From contig CAZQXN010000004.1 in assembly GCA_964597545.1 (NCBI GenBank), positions 6,683-70,682 of the forward strand: 64,000 nucleotides of DNA, written 5' to 3'. This document shows positions 57,082 to 64,000 of the stretch, piece after piece. Position 1 is the first letter of the stretch; each line of letters opens with the position of its first letter. A program made the position numbers and the translations under genes. Source of the DNA: an uncultured Planctomycetia bacterium (GTDB taxonomy: Bacteria; Omnitrophota; Gorgyraeia; 1-14-0-20-64-10). A model generated the notes under the pieces. It had not been told where the DNA came from, searched no databases, and saw only the letters and a program-made list of their open reading frames with translations.

Positions 57082-57110
57082 TTGACATCGTTAACAGGGC
57101 GGTGTACCTT
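57082..57110 (+). promoter_or_regulatory. Putative promoter (TTGACA - 17 nt - TACCTT) preceded by an ATATGCAACAT motif
   Basis: TTGACA at 57082-57087. The motif TTGATAAATATGCAACAT resembles the RAYT promoter region. Confidence 0.3.
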
Positions 57111-57119
57111 AGTGCCCCC

Positions 57120-57680
57120 ATGGACACCAAGGTTTCCTGCGAAAGACTCCTCGCCAAGCAAGTTGAGCACCACATTCTCCTCATCCGGGGCCAGAAGGTG
57201 ATGTTGGATTCGGACCTGGCCGCGCTCTATGGCGTCAGCGTTGGAAGATTAAACGAGGCAGTCAAACGCCGGGTCAATCGGTTTCCCTCCGATTTCATGT
57301 TTCAGTTGACGCCTCAAGAGGCGCAATCTCTAAGGTCGCAAATTGCGACCTTAAACTTGAAATCGCAAATTGCGATATCAAGTTTAAATTGGGGTGGGCG
57401 GCGCCACCCCCCGTTTGCATTTACCGAGCAAGGTGTTGCTATGCTCTCCACCGTCCTTAACAGTGAGCGGGCGATTCGCATCAACGTTGCGATCATGCGG
57501 GCCTTCGTCAAGCTCCGGGAGATGCTTTCTGCACACAAGGCGCTGGCTCGGAAGCTGACTGAGCTGGAACGCAAACTCGAAGGGCATGATGCGCAAATTC
57601 ACTCACTCTTTGAAGCCATCCGGCAGCTTATGGCACCGCCCAAACGCGTTCGCCGGAAAATCGGGTTTCAGGCGGGGTAG
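57120..57680 (+). CDS. ORF6N-domain (KilA-N-like, phage-associated DNA-binding) protein, paralog 1
   Basis: HILLIRGQKVMLDSDLAALYGV...FMFQLT...PFAFTEQGVAMLSTVLNSERAIRINVAIMRAFVKLR is the ORF6N domain. Confidence 0.7.
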   Translation: MDTKVSCERLLAKQVEHHILLIRGQKVMLDSDLAALYGVSVGRLNEAVKRRVNRFPSDFMFQLTPQEAQSLRSQIATLNLKSQIAISSLNWGGRRHPPFAFTEQGVAMLSTVLNSERAIRINVAIMRAFVKLREMLSAHKALARKLTELERKLEGHDAQIHSLFEAIRQLMAPPKRVRRKIGFQAG

Positions 57681-57688
57681 CGGGTAGC

Positions 57689-59230
57689 GTGCTGGCCAAG
57701 GTTCATTCTGCAGCGCTCGTTGGCTTGACCGCCGTTCCGGTTGCGGTAGAGGCGGATGTCTCCAACGGTTTGCCCGGGGTGACTGTTGTGGGCCTGCCGG
57801 ATACCGCGGTTCGGGAGTCCAAGGTTCGCATCCGCTCAGCCATCAAAAACAGCCAGTACGACTGGCCCATGAGCCGGATGACGGTCAATCTCGCTCCTGC
57901 TGATGCTCGGAAAGAAGGTTCAGCCTTTGATTTTCCGATGGCGCTGGGGCTCTTGGCTGCCTCCGGCCAGATGGATCCGACTGCCTTGGCCGACACCGTC
58001 ATCTTGGGGGAGCTGGCGCTGGATGGCTCCTTAAGGCCGGTTCCAGGGATTCTGGCGGTTGCCTTAAGCCTTCAGGGCAAGGGCAAGCGCCTTCTTCTTC
58101 CGGCAGCCAATGCGGCTGAGGCAGCCATGGTTGAAGGGGTTGAAGCCTACCCCTTAAGCTGCCTTCCTCAAGCGATTCAGTTTCTGGAAGGGCGAGAGGA
58201 GGTCAGCCCGGCGCAGGTCGATTTGACAAAGCTTCTCCAGAATGATCCTGCGTCAGATGGCCTGGATTTTTCAGAGGTGAAGGGGCAGGTGACCGCCAAG
58301 CGAGCCATTGAGATTGCCGTTGTTGGAAGCCACAATCTGCTTTTGCTCGGTCCACCCGGTGCCGGCAAGACCATGCTGGCTGAGCGGATTCCAACAATCC
58401 TGCCGGAGATCTCAGCACCCGAGGCGTTGGAGACTACCTTAATCTACAGCGTAACCGGGCACCTGCAATTGAGTCGGCCCCTTCTGAATAAGCGGCCCTT
58501 TCGTTTTCCGCATCACACGGTATCCGACGTGGGGCTTGTCGGAGGCGGTTCCCCTCCCAAGCCAGGGGAGATCTCCCTGGCGCATCACGGGGTACTCTTC
58601 TTAGATGAACTGCCGGAGTTCCCCCGCTCAGTCTTAGAAAGCTTGCGCCAACCTTTGGAGGAGGGGAGGATCACGGTCTGTCGAGCCAGAGGAACCACCA
58701 CCTTCCCGGCTAAGTTCATGTTGGTTGCCGCCATGAATCCATGCCCGTGCGGTTTTGCCGGGGATGTCACCAAGAATTGTCTTTGCACCCCCAGCCAGTT
58801 CCTCAAGTACCGCTCCAGAGTCTCCGGCCCCTTGATGGACCGGATTGACCTCCACGTTGAGGTCCCGGCCCTTTCCTACAGCGAGCTGACTGAGGAAACT
58901 CCAGCAGAGTCCTCCACGGCTATCCGGATGCGAGTAACCCAGGCTCGTGCTCGTCAACAAAGGCGCTTTCAGGCTACCCCCAGCTGTTTTGCCAACGCCC
59001 AAATGCGCCACCGGCACCTCAAGCGCTTCTGTTCCCTCTCTGAGGAGAGCCGCCAGCTCCTCAAGGATGCCATCTCGGGCTTGGGTCTCTCTGCCCGCGC
59101 CTACCACAAGATCCTTAAAGTTGCCCGAACCATTGCTGACCTGGAAGCTGCCCCTGATATCGTTCCTCACCACCTGGCAGAGGCGATCCAATACCGCCTT
59201 CTGGACCGCTCCTATGCCGACTCCCTCTAA
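57689..59230 (+). CDS. comM: Mg-chelatase-like AAA+ ATPase YifB/ComM
   Basis: Lon-protease-like N-domain, Walker [21 protein letters not shown] Walker B, C-terminal ChlI-type domain. GTG start. Confidence 0.85.
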   Translation: MLAKVHSAALVGLTAVPVAVEADVSNGLPGVTVVGLPDTAVRESKVRIRSAIKNSQYDWPMSRMTVNLAPADARKEGSAFDFPMALGLLAASGQMDPTALADTVILGELALDGSLRPVPGILAVALSLQGKGKRLLLPAANAAEAAMVEGVEAYPLSCLPQAIQFLEGREEVSPAQVDLTKLLQNDPASDGLDFSEVKGQVTAKRAIEIAVVGSHNLLLLGPPGAGKTMLAERIPTILPEISAPEALETTLIYSVTGHLQLSRPLLNKRPFRFPHHTVSDVGLVGGGSPPKPGEISLAHHGVLFLDELPEFPRSVLESLRQPLEEGRITVCRARGTTTFPAKFMLVAAMNPCPCGFAGDVTKNCLCTPSQFLKYRSRVSGPLMDRIDLHVEVPALSYSELTEETPAESSTAIRMRVTQARARQQRRFQATPSCFANAQMRHRHLKRFCSLSEESRQLLKDAISGLGLSARAYHKILKVARTIADLEAAPDIVPHHLAEAIQYRLLDRSYADSL

Positions 59231-59741
59231 CCAGAAGATCATCGTTGATCAGGTAGAGCGCCGAATCCTTCTTATTCGAAGCCAGAAGGTAATGTTGGAC
59301 TCGGACCTGGCGAAACTCTACGGGATTGCAACGAAGAAATTGAACCAAACAGTCAGACGTCACATCAAACGCTTTCCACGGGATTTTATGTTGCAGCTGA
59401 CCTGGGAAGGGGTAGAGAAGCTTTCAAGGTCACAATTTGTGACCTTGAAACATGGGCAGAATATCAAATATCGGCCCTACGTTTTCACAGAACAGGGAGT
59501 AGCGATGCTCTCGTGTGTTCTGAACAGCGAGCGAGCCATTCAGGTTAACATCGCCATCATGCGGGTTTTTGTGAAGCTCCGGAAGATGTTGACCAACCAC
59601 AAAGGGTTGGCTCAGAAACTGGAAACGCTGGAAAAGCGATACGACGCGCAATTCAAAATAGTTTTTGACGCGATTCGCAAGCTCATGATACCCACCCATC
59701 GGCTTCGGCGTCGCATTGGGTTCCATTCACAGAAGCGTTAG
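59214..59741 (+). CDS. ORF6N-domain protein, paralog 2
   Basis: RILLIRSQKVMLDSDLAKLYGI...FMLQLT...PYVFTEQGVAMLSCVLNSERAIQVNIAIMRVFVKLR. Start at the internal Met overlapping the comM end. The ORF-track start at 58947 lies inside comM. Confidence 0.65.
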   Translation: MPTPSNQKIIVDQVERRILLIRSQKVMLDSDLAKLYGIATKKLNQTVRRHIKRFPRDFMLQLTWEGVEKLSRSQFVTLKHGQNIKYRPYVFTEQGVAMLSCVLNSERAIQVNIAIMRVFVKLRKMLTNHKGLAQKLETLEKRYDAQFKIVFDAIRKLMIPTHRLRRRIGFHSQKR

Positions 59742-59767
59742 ATGGATTCAGCGCAAAGGAGGAGAAG

Positions 59768-60049
59768 ATGATTAAACTTGTTACGTTGACTGTTGAGCGG
59801 ATGAACCGGTTCGAAGGAGAAGGGACCGCCCGCGCCTTCTGCGATGTGGCCATCGGCGGCTCCTTTCTCATCAAGGGGATTAAGGTCCTAGAGGGTAAGA
59901 AGGGCCTCTTTGTTAACATGCCCCGCGAGAAAGGAAAAGATGACCAATGGTACGGCACCGTCATCCCTTTAAGCAAAGAGGCCTACCAGCAGCTCTCGGA
60001 GACTGTCCTTACGGCCTACCACTCTGAAACCACCCCTTCCACCGAGTAA
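59768..60049 (+). CDS. spoVG: SpoVG-family protein
   Basis: RAFCDVAIGGSFLIKGIKVLEGKKGLFVNMPRE matches the SpoVG core. Confidence 0.8.
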   Translation: MIKLVTLTVERMNRFEGEGTARAFCDVAIGGSFLIKGIKVLEGKKGLFVNMPREKGKDDQWYGTVIPLSKEAYQQLSETVLTAYHSETTPSTE

Positions 60050-60385
60050 CCCACTGCAGCTCAATACGCAGGCGGCAGTCACTCGCACAACTCGCACTCG
60101 TGGGACGCTCACCAGGAGCGGCGGAATCGGGGCGGATTTGACGTAACTATTGATCAGGTATTAGGTTAACGAGATTTGTGCTTGCGGGCCCGGAACGCTG
60201 GGGGGCCGAAAAATTTGATGAAATTACCCCCTTGCAGCTTAGGAGATAGTGTATACTTTCTTACTGTAAGGAACAATATAGGTCTGAAAAAGGCAAACTA
60301 TCCGAAAGGGTAGGGCGTAACGCCATAGAGCCGTCAGGGTTATGTAATGTAACCCCCGGCAGTCGGTTGCCAGATCAAACGGTAA

Positions 60386-60424
60386 AAGCCCTAAGCTTTT
60401 GGATAAGTTTGGGGCTTTTTTTAT
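60386..60424 (+). terminator. Imperfect hairpin followed by T7 (intrinsic terminator)
   Basis: AAGCCCTAAGCTTttggatAAGTTTGGGGCTTTTTTT. Confidence 0.5.
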
Positions 60425-60502
60425 TTGTACACTAGCTTGATTCTTGGCGGAAGAAGATATGGTGGAATCTCAAAGGGATTGAAGGAAAAGGGGGTTGCGG
60501 GA

Positions 60503-61645
60503 ATGAAGAGCAAGATGAAATTGATTATAGGTATGATAATGGGATTTTCATTCTCGGTAGTGATGCTATGTATGGGGGGTAGTTCCATATATGCTGCCGA
60601 GCTTGAGGTGGATAAGGAGGAATTTAACGAAAAATGGCAGGAAACCTACAAGGAACTTCAGGAGATTGATCCTACAGCAGCCGAAGAATTTCGCGCTTTA
60701 ACTGTGGAGGAATTTGAAGTAGGAAATGTCGGATATGTTCCTGAAGAGAGAGGGGGGACTGAGGAAATAGGTCCTGGCCCTGCTCCCGGTCCTAGGCCTG
60801 GTCCGCATGTCGGTCCCCGTCCTGATCCCGTGGAAGCTTTGAAAGCAAAAGGAATAAGTGATGAGGATATTGGCAAGATTCGCAAGGCTGAGGAAGCATT
60901 AAGCGTGGAAAGCGAGAAGGTCGAATGGGATAAGCTGACTCCCGAGGAAGCAAGGAAGGTGGAGCAGTCCTTCGGAGAACGTTTCAAGGAAATGAGCGGG
61001 TATGATCCAAAAGATATTTTTGCCCCGCCTCCGGGAGACCACCACCCAGAAGGCCCATATCACGGGCCAGGACATGAGGGGCCTTACGCTGGTCCTCATC
61101 ATGAAGGGCCTTATGTCGGTCCTCGTCCGGAACCTGGCTTCATAGAGGGTCCATATCCTGGGCCAGGACATGAAGGACCTTACGCCGGTCCTCATCCAGA
61201 ACGTGGTTTTGAAGGTCCCGTGATGGGGGGGCCGATGCCTGAAGGTCCCGTGATGGGGGGGCCGATGCCTGAAGGTCCCATGATGGAGGGCCCGGCATTT
61301 GAGGGTCCTATGATGGGGGGGCCGATGCCTGAAGGTCCCATGATGGATAGGCCGATGTTTGAAGGTCCTATGATGGAGGGCCCGGCGTTTGAGGGTCCCA
61401 TGATGGAAGGGCCGGCATTTGAGGGTCCCATGATGGAGGGCCCGGCGTTTGAGGGCCCGGCATTTGAGGGCCCAGCGTTTGAGGGTCCGGCGTTTGAGGG
61501 CCCGGCATTTGAGGGTCCGGCGTTTGAGGGCCCGGCATTTGAGGGCCCAGCGTTTGAGGGTCCGGCATTTGAGGGCCCAGGAGAGGATATAGAGCATATC
61601 CATGATGAGAATATGCCACCACCTCCAGAAGAGAATAATCCGTAA
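60503..61645 (+). CDS. Secreted His/Pro/Gly-rich tandem-repeat protein (EGPYxGPxH, EGPMMEGP and EGPAFEGP repeats)
   Basis: Signal peptide MKSKMKLIIGMIMGFSFSVVMLCMGGSSIYA at the ATG at 60503. 15-nt and 30-nt periodic coding repeats at about 61020-61600. AT-rich context. Confidence 0.7.
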   Translation: MKSKMKLIIGMIMGFSFSVVMLCMGGSSIYAAELEVDKEEFNEKWQETYKELQEIDPTAAEEFRALTVEEFEVGNVGYVPEERGGTEEIGPGPAPGPRPGPHVGPRPDPVEALKAKGISDEDIGKIRKAEEALSVESEKVEWDKLTPEEARKVEQSFGERFKEMSGYDPKDIFAPPPGDHHPEGPYHGPGHEGPYAGPHHEGPYVGPRPEPGFIEGPYPGPGHEGPYAGPHPERGFEGPVMGGPMPEGPVMGGPMPEGPMMEGPAFEGPMMGGPMPEGPMMDRPMFEGPMMEGPAFEGPMMEGPAFEGPMMEGPAFEGPAFEGPAFEGPAFEGPAFEGPAFEGPAFEGPAFEGPAFEGPGEDIEHIHDENMPPPPEENNP

Positions 61646-61708
61646 GAAGGCTAGTGGCCTATACTGGAGAGTTGTGGGGTTTGAGGTAAGGTAGGTAACT
61701 GCAGAAAA

Positions 61709-61746
61709 GTAAAAGGCCTACTTCTTCAAAGAAGTAGGCCTTTTAC
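61709..61746. terminator. Bidirectional rho-independent terminator (16-bp perfect palindrome) between convergent genes
   Basis: GTAAAAGGCCTACTTCTTcaaaGAAGTAGGCCTTTTAC. Confidence 0.7.
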
Positions 61747-61758
61747 TATAGAGAAATA

Positions 61759-62862
61759 CTAGAAACTTACGTAGAGTCCTGCCAGGTGCGAAACCTGGTC
61801 GTAGTCGTAAACAGCATAGTTTGAGTCTGACTTCTTGTGCGTGAAGGTGTATGACAAGGTCCAGTCTTTCTTCAGCGTATAGTAGAAGTATAACTTCTGG
61901 GTATATACATCGTCGTATTCCATTTCAGCATATGATGCAGGTGAGCCCACCCTGCGCTTGCAGTAGTTCTTTCGTTCATAGGCCGAACTGGCTTTGGCAT
62001 ACAGTTTCTTTGTGAGGCTACGGCCAAGCTCTCCTGTCACCTTATAGGAATACAGGTCGTAGTACTCCCTGTAGTTGTCGTTGGAAGTTTCTGTGTAGAA
62101 CTTTTGCTTGATCTTAGCGTTGTTTTTGCCCAGGAGAGGAAAACCCAGGTTGTATTCAAAAGCATGTCTGTTTTTTTCCACCACCATTCCGGAAATAAAG
62201 TCAGTGCTGGTGTTTGTGCGTGGTCGCTTTTTATCGTACTCCTTAAAGGAGTACTCGTATTTACCATCGTGAGACCAGCGTTTCCAGAATCGGTGCTTGA
62301 ACTTCAGGAAGAGCTTATCCTCCGTATAAGAGGAGGTTCCGGCGTCAGGGTAATGGACGTACTGGCGTTCCCACCCTGGCTGTAACTCAAAGTAAGGTTT
62401 TCCGGTAGGGAAATATTTAAGGATGACTTTAAAGGCAGCGTCCAAGATGGTCGTATCCTGGTTGTCGAAGTAGATATCGGCATAATGCCACGGACCGATC
62501 TCTGCCCCAAAGTAATCGTTGAAGGTAGGAACCCAAGCAAAGGAAAAATACTGTTCGAAATATAGGTCTCCCCGTCGGTCAGAATTGGTATTGGCATTTT
62601 TGTCGTATCCAATGTGAAGACCGACTGTTCCTTTGGTGGCGCGCAGTTGTTCGCGTTGTTTCTCTTCCATCTTGCGCAAGGCGCGCTGCTTGAGCATCTC
62701 GATCAATTCCTCGGCAGAGCTTATAGCCGCGCCTCTGTCTTCCGCAAGCCCTTCCGCCAGGCGGTCCTCTCGGGCCTCTTCCGATTGGGCCCATCCCGGC
62801 GGCGGATTGATGAGTAGGGCTCCGACAATCAAGCTGAGCAGAAAGAGATCCTTTCTTGCCAT
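61759..62862 (-). CDS. Outer-membrane beta-barrel protein (porin-like), unknown specificity
   Basis: Signal peptide MARKDLFLLSLIVGALLINPPPGWA. Tyr/Lys/Asp-rich with alternating hydrophobic pattern. C-terminal ...LAGLYVSF aromatic terminus. AT-rich codon usage. Confidence 0.6.
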   Translation of the reverse strand: MARKDLFLLSLIVGALLINPPPGWAQSEEAREDRLAEGLAEDRGAAISSAEELIEMLKQRALRKMEEKQREQLRATKGTVGLHIGYDKNANTNSDRRGDLYFEQYFSFAWVPTFNDYFGAEIGPWHYADIYFDNQDTTILDAAFKVILKYFPTGKPYFELQPGWERQYVHYPDAGTSSYTEDKLFLKFKHRFWKRWSHDGKYEYSFKEYDKKRPRTNTSTDFISGMVVEKNRHAFEYNLGFPLLGKNNAKIKQKFYTETSNDNYREYYDLYSYKVTGELGRSLTKKLYAKASSAYERKNYCKRRVGSPASYAEMEYDDVYTQKLYFYYTLKKDWTLSYTFTHKKSDSNYAVYDYDQVSHLAGLYVSF

Positions 62863-62973
62863 TTTTTCTTCCCTCCCCCCTTAGTTAGAATTAAAAACAA
62901 CATACGCTTTTTGCAAACAGTTGTCTACATTTTTGTCAAGTTATTTTGGTGCAAATAACTGTCCCCCTAACAA

Positions 62974-63624
62974 GTGGCCGCTATCGAGATTGCGGTGGCC
63001 GGCTGCCACAACCTCCTCTTGATTGGCCCGCCCGGTGCCGGCAAGACCATGTTGGCTGAGCGGATTCCAACAATCCTGCCAGAGATCTCAGCACCCGAGG
63101 CATTGGACACCACCTTGATCTACAGCGTGACTGGGCATCTTCAGCTGAGTCGACTCCTGTTGAATAGACGGCCCTTTCGCTTCCCGCACCACCTTGCTCA
63201 AGAGGCAAAGGGCCGCTCCGGCATGCTGGTACTAACCCCGAAAGCCATCCAGGACCCAGCCGGCCTGGAGGAACTCGTTAAGCGCCTGCCTCCAGAGCTC
63301 TTGCAGCGGATCATCTGGTTCAACACAGGTGTTGCCCTGGCCAAACGCCTGCATGCCCTGGAACCCACCCTCCAGATCATAGAGGACTACAACACCCAAG
63401 CCCTGGTCCTAAAACTCCTAAGCCAGGAAGCAGCAGAAAAGATCTCCACCACCTCTGAATCCCTCACCCTCTACCTCCAAGAAGTCCTCCCCATGACCGT
63501 CACCTATCTGAAAGCCCTCACCGTCAAGCTGATCCTTGTCGCCTTAGGGGTCCCCATGGAGCAGCTCAACCAGATCGATCCCACCCAGCTAGAAACCCTC
63601 TTCGCACCGATTACCGCTGCTTAA
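62974..63624 (+). pseudogene. Chimeric duplicated fragment: internal comM segment (Walker A region) fused in-frame to a copy of the giant protein C-terminal module
   Basis: - Residues [42 protein letters not shown]...RPFRFPHH are about 85% identical to comM residues about 205-290.
- The following residues, ...[26 protein letters not shown]...LFAPITAA, are about 80% identical to giant-protein residues about 1750-1884.
- The fragment is followed by the same GGTACC repeat. Confidence 0.55.
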
Positions 63625-63690
63625 CCCTAAAATCGGTACCAGGTACCAAACCCACAAATCGGTACCTGGTACCAAGAGCTGGTACCAAAA
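63625..63690. repeat. GGTACC-family repeat (AATCGGTACCAGGTACCAAACCCAC ... AATCGGTACCTGGTACCAAG ... GGTACC)
   Basis: The same terminal unit as the bioD-bioA element; arms in opposite a/t-centre orientation. Confidence 0.55.
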
Positions 63691-63717
63691 CGGGCAAGGC
63701 TTTGCTAAAATACCTCT

Positions 63718-64000
63718 ATGCCAAGAGCTCCCCGGCTGGATTGGAAGCGCTTGCGGCGCTACAGCCTCACCGAACGGCCCAGCAAGGTTAATCAGAAGGC
63801 CTTTGCCAAGGCCACCCCTGCAGGTTCTTCTTTTCGAACCTTTACCGGAAATCTGCCTAACATACTGGCCTCAGAGAAGTTCCTGCGATTGGTAGAGGCG
63901 CTCGCCTCTGCTCACAAGCAGCGCAAACCGGTCCTGGCTTTCCTGGGGGCCCATGTCTTGAAGGTGGGTCTGTCTCCCCTGATCATTGATTTGATGGAGC
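63718..64000 (+). CDS. Partial ORF of unknown function running off the window end
   Basis: ATG at 63718, no stop within the window (MPRAPRLDWKRLRRYSLTERPSKVNQKAFAK...LAFLGAHVLKVGLSPLIIDLME). Confidence 0.3.
   Translation, partial: MPRAPRLDWKRLRRYSLTERPSKVNQKAFAKATPAGSSFRTFTGNLPNILASEKFLRLVEALASAHKQRKPVLAFLGAHVLKVGLSPLIIDLME

Noticed and set aside
60050-60420. Scanned for tmRNA, SRP RNA, RNase P RNA or tRNA signatures.
   Set aside because: No conserved signature strings for these RNAs (for example tmRNA 5' GGGG...ACGA, SRP GGAAGCAGCC) were recognised. Only a generic sRNA candidate remains.
61190-61600. Short tandem DNA repeats that might be mistaken for a CRISPR array or satellite.
   Set aside because: Periodicity is 15/30 nt with no spacers and in-frame coding (EGPAFEGP units). 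It is a coding tandem repeat, not CRISPR.

Overview
This is a high-GC (about 60%) bacterial chromosomal segment that is mostly housekeeping operons, broken up by several accessory or unusual loci.

Ordered recognisable content:
- sucC (3' part) and sucD.
- Three tandem paralogous secreted beta-helix repeat proteins, translationally coupled to sucCD.
- A REP-associated tyrosine transposase (RAYT / IS200-like) flanked by perfect 26-bp inverted repeats.
- pmbA and tldD (divergent from the above), then an ATP-grasp-like amidoligase.
- A 1015-aa secreted protein.
- A biotin operon (bioB, FabG-like SDR, bioF, unknown, and an in-frame bioD-bioA fusion).
- A retropepsin-like protease.
- A menaquinone (futalosine route) and prenylquinone cluster: ubiE/menG, ubiD-like, small low-GC insert, ubiA-like, ubiX, radical-SAM Mqn, mqnA, radical-SAM Mqn, polyprenyl diphosphate synthase.
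- fur, hemA, feoB, a zinc-ribbon ORF, and a DtxR-family regulator.
- yqeY, a small zinc-ribbon ORF, dcd, gpmA (minus strand), and a TM-helix-repeat membrane protein.
- Two Ddl-like ATP-grasp ligases plus a KamA-like radical-SAM aminomutase.
- ychF.
- A folate cluster: pabB, pabC, purH, folC.
- A flippase-like membrane protein and an M48 lipoprotein peptidase (minus strand).
- A 1884-aa secreted giant repeat protein.
- An ORF6N protein, comM/yifB, a second ORF6N protein, and spoVG.
- An AT-rich islet with a His/Pro/Gly tandem-repeat secreted protein and an outer-membrane beta-barrel.
- A chimeric duplicated gene fragment, and a partial ORF running off the window.

The most notable non-housekeeping signals are:
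- A dispersed family of GGTACC / GGGTCAGACCC hairpin repeats (MITE/REP-like). Copies lie at gene 3' ends, in-frame inside sucD, and in-frame as the linker of the bioD-bioA fusion.
- The RAYT cassette, whose left inverted repeat lies inside the 3' coding end of the third beta-helix gene.
- The two large secreted proteins, which share a signal peptide and a recurrent A-x-G-(L/Q)-E-E motif.
- The Ddl-like x2 plus KamA-like operon.

No rRNA, tRNA or CRISPR array was recognised.
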